Below, piece by piece: positions 39,801 to 48,360 of a stretch of 64,000 bases of DNA. The stretch lies in assembly GCA_964519305.1 (NCBI GenBank), contig CAZFHY010000007.1:32001-96000 (forward strand). The letters are read 5' to 3'. Position 1 is the stretch's first letter, and each line of letters begins with the position of its first letter. A program made the position numbers and the translations under genes. This DNA comes from Candidatus Undinarchaeota archaeon (GTDB lineage Archaea; SpSt-1190; JASMDC01). The notes under the pieces are model-generated. The model was not told the DNA's origin. It was given only the letters and a program-made list of their open reading frames with translations, and made no database searches.

Positions 39801-40146
39801 GGCAATCGTCCAGACAATCCCATTCACCACATCCATAACAAAGGCCTTTGCGATCGGCCCCGATGGTAGCGCTGTCGAGAAGTCGGAGGATAGCCGCTAC
39901 CGTGTCAGGGTGACCGCGAAGACCGATGCGATAACATGGGCGGACATCGATGATCATGTATACGTTCTTGAGACGCGTGCCCTCGGAGAGGGGGTGACCT
40001 CGGACGTCATGGCCTCCAGCGAGTTCGAGGGTTGTAGCGTCAATGTCAGCTGCACGGATTGTTCAGAAGGATGTGAAATCACGATAATGGACTGTGAGCC
40101 GGTCCTTAACCTGTGCAAATGTGCTACTTGTACATTTTCGAGATGA
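33853..40146 (+). CDS. Component C2: giant secreted Cys-rich protein (2097 aa), paralog of C1
   Basis: Colinear with C1 (AGLIP...AKNMCKTC; YLLKCP..AQENLYLYYSDLITYFENV; GDAFWHY). Confidence 0.88.
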   Translation: MVRRPVVGMVVVMLILTSATAGLIPMSQKASASAKNMCKTCIDCVGTEGEEQNACLMGCLQAGVMAFLGPMCEKICKDSQMCSNLCGKCIPCAFEKGEGAEKCLIKCVGESVLLGPLCGELCSSATAQSWMKDADKCTGKCTECASCVFEDSADARKECALTCVVEDLILGPLCEKACSKAKDAAGCTETCLKVADCAECAFKDTDKEKELCALACVGVNFVFDAVCEKACNKTANPGNCTATCMKIAKDCAPCAMKPTPDTREECLIRTCVGFEIIGPLCENLFVGDVVQKCKECGACAREPEENRDACLKECVGRQPEAFDVCEQVSCDPICGGQRTAECREQCGEDSTCIENCKQSCMNDCKQLCGSCGQCGYEKSREAMHECTIKYCVQPFMMTPVCEDFCSNSMMGLQPNDCVAICNSCEDCIMSVDCVTGTAQVESCLKECMFDDSCSKNCNRMYSSSKNVDDCKKNCQSCKHCANEDNVTMQPCLMECFDSLDVKDDCSGLCQQWGVASGDSMTRCNALCASCIKCDGLPGQEKTGCLRNCTMGQMEDYFGDQCDSLCRDQNDTASCRYKCMHCDSCVFEADGQNMTSCILDKCISPLDVAKPICEEICANEPDVNTCVASCMEKPECVHHDTRRKRQDCYTEHVAPAQLGPSCDQLCNDLPEPDKCKRRCRSCNLCMNDRGTNRDGCLERCADRGRRGDSCEDHCASAKDPRSCRSACMTCPMCDRLEGDAQQSCIAECTGEVTAQMTFDTCDDLCSTYNDFDRCMAACGDCNQCSMGPEQYGCLEDCVDATDPGLDFSTKEKEKKEKAKKALLSGMCDLAFGNFWDAFSCDLVCSMGGVCPIVDERYLLKCPPMAQENLYLYYSDLITYFENVALFYENMEKALDGIMMGTVGLCAMCNYELINLQATYSTCTGIWNPTPWGAATIPWNEWMCDVSGMISCQPRICSALAGVNRCPQLCSLAECHYVFGGMCCCGWPFCCPSYIAVPSTTVHVNPTGMKSCHRLVHETDDACTMDGLWWRGVVEAPALRNPCHVVTKIAELKNYVHKFRTEILPDIIVQLRAMRANARRCTVRISCSSNIKIYLDILEEIWDRANHIDGWDTEKFEFETNKFTLAMQDFNEDINSGGSGFGFDFSSGSGWTNFKTGLSVGASAYFDNMQGKNPEKYLVWVPDYNPPYCIPGATSAATTAATTAAADKLVDKVKKSLKEKMMDAVKETFGVRQIAVLAAYHAELLAVSLSNSFAGVAGVPGPWCTGGFPMTCIDAFPIRWHLVEGMNLGEDLVFKMPVIPSCGVEAFAKSMPGDAFWHYHECLLYQGHTPDPTSGDEERELEDELEEEEEVEEEEFEEEEEQEEEEFEEEVDCSDKEDQESCFEGDGLCCNGECIPGAEACTTEGEEECAIAEDGSSCGGGKGICCLGTCVPGASGCGEEEEECAGEEAGAPCDGGQCCEGRCVPGATGCSGTADCIKRPDGASCVNGTGMCCEQNCIPGAEACAVAPECQAGYDGLPCADGTCCDGVCVPGALSCGGYSHECVEGGDLTVCTADGLCCRDRCIPGATSCGGRPGGELPDDIKEICTRACDEASGGDHYCHPTERMCTCRTTRGPVYIEDIPCAPRVSKRLVAGLRRCCESKGMDEVDHCYTLESETGFCCQGAFTEVPIEFECVKDAPVVEIASIAWMDGDREVLSMVAGATANLTAVLRNTGKRLEDGDLSFRIDSDGKRLISQDEHNIAIGESSVHRVGLPVELETRLAGRALIAHALIGYLNVQVSSDPVRLYVLAEDTIDIADGYFESSRERDYYVIAGDVVAAAAAVTSSKDDAVEVVIEIVMTANGTELESTRTARTTTLERGATVTIRTPTRFIGESDVGTELGMIVRVEGARGKVLQYKRLESETYPDAVRSVGSPYLFLRDVAWKDEGGRRLKRTYENVNTRAEVTLHNPIPMSFDGTVAIEVVDGQGNVVATGGRRAVIDMDGSAIVQTIPFTTSITKAFAIGPDGSAVEKSEDSRYRVRVTAKTDAITWADIDDHVYVLETRALGEGVTSDVMASSEFEGCSVNVSCTDCSEGCEITIMDCEPVLNLCKCATCTFSR

Positions 40147-43100
40147 TGATCGTGAGCACTGCTAACGATCCAGTTCGCAAACGAACGTACCGGTGTGCTA
40201 TCATCGGATTGTTGACGCTCATCATCTTGATGAACACAGGGCTCGCAGGTCTAATCCCCCTGAGCGGGCAGTGGTCCGGAGCTGCCAAGGGCATGTGCAA
40301 GACCTGCATCCAGTGCGCTGACATGGAGGGAGAGGAGCAGAAGGCATGCCTTATGGAATGCCTTCGTTCTGGCGTTGGATATCTCCTTGGGCCTCTCTGC
40401 GACGAGGTTTGCGCTTTCGGTGGAAGTGATAGCGGATCCGGCTCTGGAGGCAACTCCTCCATAGGACCGCTGTGCAAGAGCCTGTGCAGCGAGTGCATTC
40501 CCTGCGCGTTCGAGAAGGGGGATGCCGCCAAGAAGTGCGTCATAAGCTGTGTCGGAGAGGCGCTCGTGGGGAACGTACTTTGCAACAACGTGTGCGGTAA
40601 GGCAGCCGAGGAGGATTGGATGCGGAACACCGCACGGTGCGAGAAGACATGCAAGGAGTGCACTATGTGTGCGTTCGAAGGATCGAGCGAGGAGCGGGAG
40701 AAGTGCGCTCTCGATTGCGTTATCAGGAACCTCGTGCTCGGTCCGCTCTGTGACAAGTCGTGCGCCAATGCCGACGATAAGGATGAGTGTGTCGAGACTT
40801 GCTTGAAGATCGAGGAGTGCGCGATGTGCATCTTCGAGAGCGATAACGAGGCCAGGAAGCAGTGCGCTCTCATGTGCGTTGCTAACAACTTCGTTTTCGA
40901 CGCGGTGTGCGACAAGACATGTCAAGGTGTCAATTCCACCTTCGGCTACAACAAGACGTCCACCTGCAAGCAGAAGTGCCTGGAGGTCGCGAGAACTTGC
41001 CCTGTATGCGGGATGAAGAACTCACAGGAAGCTCGTGAGACATGCCTCATCCGTGAATGCGTGGGCGCACATATCATCGGACCGCTGTGCAACACCCTGT
41101 TCATGGGCGATATGGTCTCAAAATGCATGGAGTGCGGCGCCTGCGCGGCAGAGCCCGAAGAGAACCGCAAGGCCTGCCTCAAGGACTGCGTGGGGAAGGA
41201 AGGGGAGACCATCGACATCTGCCGCGATGATACCTGCCGTCCAATATGTAACGGCCAGCGTACGGAGGCCTGTAGACAGAAATGTGATCCCAGTGGACTC
41301 GACGATGGATGCGAGGATACCTGCATACAGGCCTGCATGACCGAGTGCGAGGCCCTCTGCCAGCAATGCGGCAGATGCGGGTACGAACCCAACCGAGCAG
41401 CTATCCGTGCCTGCACAACCCTCTATTGCGTGCGTCCGTTCATGATGCGGCCCGTGTGCGAGGATTACTGCTCAGAGAGCGGTACGGGGGGATTGCGCAC
41501 GGAGGACTGCGTCAACGACTGCATCAACTGCGAGGACTGCATCATGGAGGTGGACTGTGTCACACGCAAATCACAGGTCCGCCCCTGCCTTGTCCAGTGC
41601 ATGTTCAGGGATATTTGCGAGGACTCCTGCGAGGAGAACTACAACACCGGAGTGGACACCGAACGGTGTAAGCGTAACTGTCAGCGATGCAAGCACTGTG
41701 CAGGGGACGATCCTGAGGAGACAACCTCGTGCCTCACCGGATGTTTCAATTCCCTGTCGGTGCTGGAGGAGTGCAACGTCACATGCATCAGCTGGGGCCT
41801 CCCCGAGGGCAGCGAGAGCCATACACGGTGTACTACGCTGTGCGCGGCCTGTACCAGATGCGACGTCCTTGAGGAACCGGACAAGGGCGCGTGTCTGAAA
41901 GAGTGCACCATGGCGCAGATGGGGGATTACCACGGCGATGTGTGCGACGGGCTCTGTCAGGACCATACGAACGTAACTCGCTGCCGCCAGAAGTGCATGG
42001 GGTGCACTAGCTGCGTTTTCCAGAGCGGGGGCGTTAACCTCACCACTTGCATCCTACGCCAGTGCGTGGACCCGGGTGTGCTCGCTAATTCAATATGTGG
42101 GGAGGTATGCGCTGGTGAGGACGGGCGAGAGGACTGTATCGATGCATGCGTGAGATGCCCGGGATGCATGGAGGGTGATACACGCAGGAAACGCCTGGAC
42201 TGCTTTACACAGTGCACAGCCGAGCCCATGTTCGCGGTCGAGTGCACGGACATCTGCCAGGACCGTCCAGGGATCGATGGATGCTTCGATACATGTAAGG
42301 GATGTGTGCTCTGCCTCGATGATACCGGACCACGAAGGCGGGGCTGCCTCGAGCGATGCGTCGATCGTGATACGCGACGTGAACGCTGCGACGTGTTCTG
42401 CGCATCGGCCATTGACGCGGGTTCATGCCTGAGCGCTTGCTTGACGTGCGACAAGTGCGATCCTCTTGAGGGCGCTAACCTACAGGAGTGCATACATGAC
42501 TGTACTCAGGTCATCACTGTCCAGATGCAGTGGGATATGTGTGACGATGTGTGCGCAAGCTTCCCCGATCCTGAACGATGTCTTGGTGTATGCAGCGGAT
42601 GTAACCAATGCTTTGGCCAAGAGAACCAGTACGACTGCCTCGGGCAATGCGTGGATGCATCGGACTCGGGACTCGACTTCTCCAACAAGGAGAAGGAGCG
42701 TGAGCTCGAGCTCGAGAAGGAACTGCTCTCAGGGGTTTGCGATCTCATGTTCGGCAACATCTGGGATATGTTCTCCTGCAACATGGTATGTGCTCTCGGC
42801 GGGCCTTGCCCGATAACCGAGATGCGCTATCTTCTCAAGTGCCCTGAGATAGCTCAGGACAACCTCTATGTCTACTACACCGACCTTATCACTTACTTCG
42901 AGAACGTGGCGGCCTTCTACGAGAACATGGAGAAGGCCCTCGACGCGATACTTATGGGTACCGTCGGGCTTTGCGGGATGTGCAACTACATGCTCACTAT
43001 GCTCCAGGTCACGTATACACCCTGTGTATCCGTCTGGAATCCCGGCCCCTATGGTGCCGCTACTCCGTACTGGAACGAGATGATCTGCGACCAGGCCATG

Positions 43101-46100
43101 ATGTCGACCTGCTTCGGGTGGCCCGGGTTCTGCCCACCTACATGGTTACAAGCTCTTGTCAAGTTCGCGGACCGCTGCCCCCTGTGCCAGGTCGCGGACT
43201 GCGTCGGATTCGAGTCCATATGCAAGTGTGGGTACATACCCTGTCCGAAATGGGGCGATTCACAACAGGCGTTCGCCTATCCTAAAGCGATGGACACCTG
43301 CCACGAGGTCGTGCACGAGGCCGATGACGCCTGCACGATGGAAGGATTGTGGTGGCGGAAGGTCGTCGATGATCAGGGAGAACGCAATCCCTGCCATGTC
43401 ATCGGAAAGATACAGGAACTGAAGAACTACGTCCATGTGCTCCGCACCGAGATCATCCCCGACACCATCACCCAGATCCGTGCGCTGAGAGCCAATGCAA
43501 GGCGATGCACGATCCAAGTATCATGCCGGTCGAACATCCGGATCTATCTCGATCTCCTGGAAGTGACCTGGGACCGGGCCAACCATATCGATGGATGGGA
43601 CACCAGGAAGTTCGAGGACGAGACCAACAAGTTCACCCTGGCCATGCAGGACTTCATGGGCGACATCAGCTCCGGTGGCATGGGCATCTCTCTCGGCAAG
43701 GGCGGGAACATAATGGGGAACGTCAGGGGCGGACTCACTGTGACGGCATCGGCCTATCTCGATATCACAGCTGAGGGTAACATGGAGAAGTACATGGTGT
43801 GGGTGCCCAAGTACCAGGACATGCAGTGCGGTGGCGGTGGGAAAGGTGACAAGGGGAAGGACTCGGGCAAGAACGCCGGTCAGGAGGCCGGGGACGGCGC
43901 CAAGAAAGAGGTACCGAAGACCTCGGCCATGGACGTCGTGAAAAGCACGTTCGGCGTGAGCCAGATCCAGGCAATGATCAAATACCAGAAAAAGCTCATC
44001 CAGCAGTCCAAGAACAAGAAGAGCCCAGCCGGTGACTCGAACGGACAGAGCGGATGCACGAGCTCGGGGGGTATGTACTCATCGTGCATCCCGTCATACC
44101 CTACTGACATGTACATGGTGGAGGGCGATAACCTGGGTGAGGACCTTGTGTTCAACTTCCCCCTTTTCCCAAAGTGCGGCGTCCAGGCTTTCGGCACCGC
44201 AATGCCCGGTGACGCCTTCTGGCACTACCATGAATGCCTGCTGTACCGCTCGCACACGCCGGGCATGACCATGGAGGGTCTCTTCGATGAGGAGACTGGC
44301 GGCGATGAGGAGACCTGGGATGAGGAAGAAGAGGTCTGGGGCGAGGAGGAGGAAGAACATGAGGAGGAGGAGATAGACTGCACCGACCTTCCCGATTTCA
44401 CATCATGTTACGACGACGAAGGTATTTGCTGTAATGAGGGTTGCGTTCCAGGAGCTACTGATTGCATCAGCGAGGAGGATACCTGCTCCCAGGAGGAGGA
44501 TGGATCGACATGCATGGACGGTATCGGTCTTTGCTGCACGGGCACGTGCTACCCCAACGCGACTGGATGCGGCACGCCATCGGTCGAGTGTCATGGTGAG
44601 CGCGATAAGAACACATGTAGTACTGGCCTGTGCTGCGACCAGCGGTGCATCCCCAACGCGATCGCTTGTGGTGGGACGACAGCGGACTGCCTCGGTAAGA
44701 ACGATGGTGAGAGTTGTGCCGATGGCAGGGGTATCTGTTGCGAAGAGGGTTGCATCCCAGGCGCTCTCAGCTGTGCCATAAAGGCCGAGTGCAGCAGCGA
44801 TGTCGATGGTGAGGAATGCACCGGAGGTCTCTGCTGTGACGGGTATTGCATACCGGACGCCCGGTCATGTGGTGTGTTCTCCAGCGAGTGCTCGTCGGGA
44901 GGTGACCTCCATCCGTGCATGGCAGATGGGCTCTGTTGTCGCGGCACTTGTATCCTCGGTGCGACCTCATGTGGTAGCAGACCGTGGACACCGCATCCGG
45001 ACGAGCTGTCTGGCGAGTGTAAGAAACGTTGTAATGAGGAGCACTCAAGCCCTCATTACTGCCAACCGATGGCGGGCGTTTGTGCCTGCATGACATCTAA
45101 CGGTCCGCGGGTAATAAAGGACTTGGCGTGTTCGCCTCGTGTGTCACGTGACGTGCTCGAGGGGATGAAACAGTGTTGTGCAATCCTTGGGATAGAAGAG
45201 GTGGATGTTTGCTTCTCGGAGGAGAGCGAGACCGGATACTGCTGTTTTGGTGCCTTTTCCGAGCATCCGATCGATCTTGACTGTGTGAAGGGAGCACCGC
45301 TCGCGTCCGTATCCACCCTGACATGGCGGATAGAGGAACGCACAATCGATGCATTTGAGGTCGACCGTGATGTCAACCTGACCGTCCTTATCCGCAACGA
45401 GGGGAGCGACCTCAGGTCAGGAGAACTGTCATTCGTCGTGAAGTCCATGGGTGAGCGTGTGATCGAACGCACGATAGAAGAGGTATCCGTAGCAGCTGCG
45501 AGCGTCGGGAGGTTCCATGTCCCAGTGGTCCTGGAAGATGGATTGGCAGGATCTGTTCTGGAGGCCAGAGCGGTCCTCACTTACGCGGATAACGTCGAGA
45601 TATCGGACCCGGCCTATCTCTTCGTGCTCCCCAACAATGCAGTGGGTGCGGTCGACGGCTATTTCTTGAGCAATGGTGAGCGCGACATATTCCTATTCCC
45701 CGGAGACAGGGTATCGGGTGAGGTCAAACTCGTATCATCACTTGATGAAGACGTGACCGCAAAGATAGAGCTTTGGTTGACCTCGGACGGATCAATCGTG
45801 GAGGGGACACTGTCAACTGAATACGTGGACCTCGGACCCGGGACGACGGTGAGCCTAGCAACAGAACCTCTCTACCTCGGAGAGGATGATGTGGGGAAGA
45901 TGGCCGGCATACTTGTACATATAGAGGACGATGGTGGGCGCACCCTGCTGCACAAGAATCTAGTCAGTAGCGTACTTCCTGATGCAGAACTCATCGTATT
46001 CCCGCCCTATCTCGATCTTGGGATGATCACTTGGAGCAACGAGAACGGCGACATCGTTGAACGTGCGTTCGAAGGCACGAGAATGAAGGCTGCCGTACAA

Positions 46101-46565
46101 GTCGTTAATCCGATGCCGATAATGTTTAGTGGAGAGGTTATCGTCAGTGTGATTGACAAGGACGGTAACGTCATCGTGACCGGTACGGAGTGGACCGAGC
46201 TCACCGAGGATGAGAGGGCAGTCATAGTCACCGATCAGTTCACAACGAAACTCGCCCAGGTGTACACCAGGGGGGATGATGGCAGTGCTATCACCACAAG
46301 GGAGGATAATCAGTACCAAGTCATCGTCAAGGCCTCCTCTGCGAGGCTGACGTGGCTAGAACTGGAGGACCGTGTTACCATCCTTGAATCACCCGCTCTT
46401 GAGGAGGGTGCTGAGATCGATGTTATCGCCACTAGCGAGTACGAGGATTGCGGTCTTGAAGTAAGGTGTGAGGGATGCACCTCGAACTGCGAGATCGCTA
46501 TCAAGGATTGCATGCCCGTGTTGAACCTGTGCAAGTGCAGGACCTGCAGGCATATCAGTACATGA
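40143..46565 (+). CDS. Component C3: giant secreted Cys-rich protein (~2140 aa), paralog of C1/C2
   Basis: Colinear paralog; start set at ATG 40143 (ATGA overlap with the C2 stop). Confidence 0.88.
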   Translation: MMIVSTANDPVRKRTYRCAIIGLLTLIILMNTGLAGLIPLSGQWSGAAKGMCKTCIQCADMEGEEQKACLMECLRSGVGYLLGPLCDEVCAFGGSDSGSGSGGNSSIGPLCKSLCSECIPCAFEKGDAAKKCVISCVGEALVGNVLCNNVCGKAAEEDWMRNTARCEKTCKECTMCAFEGSSEEREKCALDCVIRNLVLGPLCDKSCANADDKDECVETCLKIEECAMCIFESDNEARKQCALMCVANNFVFDAVCDKTCQGVNSTFGYNKTSTCKQKCLEVARTCPVCGMKNSQEARETCLIRECVGAHIIGPLCNTLFMGDMVSKCMECGACAAEPEENRKACLKDCVGKEGETIDICRDDTCRPICNGQRTEACRQKCDPSGLDDGCEDTCIQACMTECEALCQQCGRCGYEPNRAAIRACTTLYCVRPFMMRPVCEDYCSESGTGGLRTEDCVNDCINCEDCIMEVDCVTRKSQVRPCLVQCMFRDICEDSCEENYNTGVDTERCKRNCQRCKHCAGDDPEETTSCLTGCFNSLSVLEECNVTCISWGLPEGSESHTRCTTLCAACTRCDVLEEPDKGACLKECTMAQMGDYHGDVCDGLCQDHTNVTRCRQKCMGCTSCVFQSGGVNLTTCILRQCVDPGVLANSICGEVCAGEDGREDCIDACVRCPGCMEGDTRRKRLDCFTQCTAEPMFAVECTDICQDRPGIDGCFDTCKGCVLCLDDTGPRRRGCLERCVDRDTRRERCDVFCASAIDAGSCLSACLTCDKCDPLEGANLQECIHDCTQVITVQMQWDMCDDVCASFPDPERCLGVCSGCNQCFGQENQYDCLGQCVDASDSGLDFSNKEKERELELEKELLSGVCDLMFGNIWDMFSCNMVCALGGPCPITEMRYLLKCPEIAQDNLYVYYTDLITYFENVAAFYENMEKALDAILMGTVGLCGMCNYMLTMLQVTYTPCVSVWNPGPYGAATPYWNEMICDQAMMSTCFGWPGFCPPTWLQALVKFADRCPLCQVADCVGFESICKCGYIPCPKWGDSQQAFAYPKAMDTCHEVVHEADDACTMEGLWWRKVVDDQGERNPCHVIGKIQELKNYVHVLRTEIIPDTITQIRALRANARRCTIQVSCRSNIRIYLDLLEVTWDRANHIDGWDTRKFEDETNKFTLAMQDFMGDISSGGMGISLGKGGNIMGNVRGGLTVTASAYLDITAEGNMEKYMVWVPKYQDMQCGGGGKGDKGKDSGKNAGQEAGDGAKKEVPKTSAMDVVKSTFGVSQIQAMIKYQKKLIQQSKNKKSPAGDSNGQSGCTSSGGMYSSCIPSYPTDMYMVEGDNLGEDLVFNFPLFPKCGVQAFGTAMPGDAFWHYHECLLYRSHTPGMTMEGLFDEETGGDEETWDEEEEVWGEEEEEHEEEEIDCTDLPDFTSCYDDEGICCNEGCVPGATDCISEEDTCSQEEDGSTCMDGIGLCCTGTCYPNATGCGTPSVECHGERDKNTCSTGLCCDQRCIPNAIACGGTTADCLGKNDGESCADGRGICCEEGCIPGALSCAIKAECSSDVDGEECTGGLCCDGYCIPDARSCGVFSSECSSGGDLHPCMADGLCCRGTCILGATSCGSRPWTPHPDELSGECKKRCNEEHSSPHYCQPMAGVCACMTSNGPRVIKDLACSPRVSRDVLEGMKQCCAILGIEEVDVCFSEESETGYCCFGAFSEHPIDLDCVKGAPLASVSTLTWRIEERTIDAFEVDRDVNLTVLIRNEGSDLRSGELSFVVKSMGERVIERTIEEVSVAAASVGRFHVPVVLEDGLAGSVLEARAVLTYADNVEISDPAYLFVLPNNAVGAVDGYFLSNGERDIFLFPGDRVSGEVKLVSSLDEDVTAKIELWLTSDGSIVEGTLSTEYVDLGPGTTVSLATEPLYLGEDDVGKMAGILVHIEDDGGRTLLHKNLVSSVLPDAELIVFPPYLDLGMITWSNENGDIVERAFEGTRMKAAVQVVNPMPIMFSGEVIVSVIDKDGNVIVTGTEWTELTEDERAVIVTDQFTTKLAQVYTRGDDGSAITTREDNQYQVIVKASSARLTWLELEDRVTILESPALEEGAEIDVIATSEYEDCGLEVRCEGCTSNCEIAIKDCMPVLNLCKCRTCRHIST

Positions 46566-46572
46566 CGCGCTA

Positions 46573-48360
46573 TTAACATTCCTCACGACGTGAGATAGGA
46601 ACGTAAAGGTCACCAATACGTTCTGTGAGCAATGGCTGGAGTACCACGTCCTTTCGGGTATTGTCCCCTGAGGTGATCTTCACAAGGGAAACGTCCACTT
46701 GGGCCAGATACGTCGGAGCACCCGATGCGTCAAGTGAAGGCCTAGCAACGCGGAGGTAACGCCCGGGCTCTGCTCGTTCGAGGATGTAATATCCGTCCTC
46801 ATCGACTATCGCACGGAGAAGAGGTCCGGGGCCAAGGGGTGCGAAGAGCAGCTCGATGTATTGGTCAACGCTCCCTTTGACATAACCGAGAGGCTCACTG
46901 GACCGCTCCTCTACTCTGTGATCGTTGGTACAGAGAACGGTCGAGTTGAGGTACACACGGCCTACGACCTTACCAAATGGCTCCATCGTAATGGTCTCGG
47001 AAAGTGTGTCCCTGATGTTACGCTCAAGGGTTACACGTGGCAGACCTGTAGGATCCGTGGATCCGATGATGATCGAATGGATGCCGCAAGGTACATCGTT
47101 CGCACGGAGCATACCGTCCGTGTAAGGATAAGAGCAGGCGTCAACGGAAACGGTCCCCGTGCGCGATCCTTCTATAGTGAGCTCGATCGAGCAAGGCCCA
47201 GTACAGGGATCATCGATTGTGGAAGGATGGCCTTGGTCGTCCTGGGCTTCAGTATTCTCGCCCATTAGGAGCGGGCGCATGTAGAACACCAATTCAAGCG
47301 TGTTTGACACATCCGTTCCTGATCCTCCTATCACACGATAGGCTTTATGGACATCTCTCAGAACCAAGCGGAGCGGGAAGTCAATGTTGTAGGATACCGT
47401 ATACCGCCCCATGCACTTATCGCTGGCCACGTCGACGAGGGGCATGGAGGTCGGGACTATGTGTATTATCTTCTTGCTCTCATACCCTTCAATACCTTGG
47501 TTCGCCAGCATAGTGAAGTTGACTGCGAGCACGGTCATGGAATGGTCCCATTCGAGCGATGGATACTCGAGAGCGTCGTTCGCGAGGACTATGGTGCGAG
47601 CTACGGCCAACCGTACGTTATCCCTTACAGGCTCGATGAGCTGGTCCCTTTCACGTAATACGGTCCGAGTGCTGCAAGGAGTTGTGCCCGCCACTAGGCC
47701 CGGTGGTGATGGGATGCGCTCATCGTTGATTATCCCCGTGAGTAATGTCCCTTCCATGGTCCGGTTCCTTTCATAGTCGGTAATGAACGACCGGGCGGTC
47801 TGGAGGAGCAGCCCGAGCCGGAGTGAATAGGTCCGTGTTACTGTGACGGTGTCCTTAGCCACGGTATCGTCAGTGCGTACGCTTGAAGGTATCGTGAGCT
47901 CCACGCTGATATCTTCCACGGCGATCTCAATCTTGACGGAGGGTTCACCGACCTCAATCCGTTCATGGAGCTTATTCGCCGAGAGAGCGTTGCCAATAAG
48001 GACCTCCAGTCTGCGAGCGAGCATCTGCTCCACAACCGAGTCCGTGGGGACGTTGATGACTTTACCCCTGTAGAATAGATAGGGCACTCCGTTCACGCTC
48101 AGCTTAGGTGACATACCTGCGGGGAATCCACCGTGAGCCCCTACTTCGATTATTGCATCTGCAAATGACTCGTCAAGGATCCCCGCTATCATCGCTTGTA
48201 CATCGATGAGCTCGTCCCGCGTCTCCGTGGCCTTCTGGTGCTCCTGACGCACCTGACGTTCGACCTCTCGGGACTGTGAGGTCATGTAGACCATCGTGAT
48301 AATCAGAATGACCGTAGCGGCAAGGGCAATCAGGCTGATCTGAGCGCGATGTGTTCTCAT
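46573..48360 (-). CDS. Component B': pilin-like protein, paralog of B
   Basis: THRA/QISLIALAATVILIITMVYM class III-like signal; EVGAHGGF...VPYLFYRGKVINVPT; ends in Cys like B. Confidence 0.8.
   Translation of the reverse strand: MRTHRAQISLIALAATVILIITMVYMTSQSREVERQVRQEHQKATETRDELIDVQAMIAGILDESFADAIIEVGAHGGFPAGMSPKLSVNGVPYLFYRGKVINVPTDSVVEQMLARRLEVLIGNALSANKLHERIEVGEPSVKIEIAVEDISVELTIPSSVRTDDTVAKDTVTVTRTYSLRLGLLLQTARSFITDYERNRTMEGTLLTGIINDERIPSPPGLVAGTTPCSTRTVLRERDQLIEPVRDNVRLAVARTIVLANDALEYPSLEWDHSMTVLAVNFTMLANQGIEGYESKKIIHIVPTSMPLVDVASDKCMGRYTVSYNIDFPLRLVLRDVHKAYRVIGGSGTDVSNTLELVFYMRPLLMGENTEAQDDQGHPSTIDDPCTGPCSIELTIEGSRTGTVSVDACSYPYTDGMLRANDVPCGIHSIIIGSTDPTGLPRVTLERNIRDTLSETITMEPFGKVVGRVYLNSTVLCTNDHRVEERSSEPLGYVKGSVDQYIELLFAPLGPGPLLRAIVDEDGYYILERAEPGRYLRVARPSLDASGAPTYLAQVDVSLVKITSGDNTRKDVVLQPLLTERIGDLYVPISRREEC

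Noticed and set aside
30340-43300. Diversity-generating retroelement as the source of the variable inserts
   Set aside because: No reverse transcriptase or template repeat in the window. The variation involves indels and all bases, not adenine-only changes.
30340-43300. Fusexin/HAP2-like fusogen, from the aromatic Cys-flanked loops
   Set aside because: The surrounding domain looks helical rather than class II beta-rich, and there is no C-terminal TM anchor. Not supportable without structure prediction.
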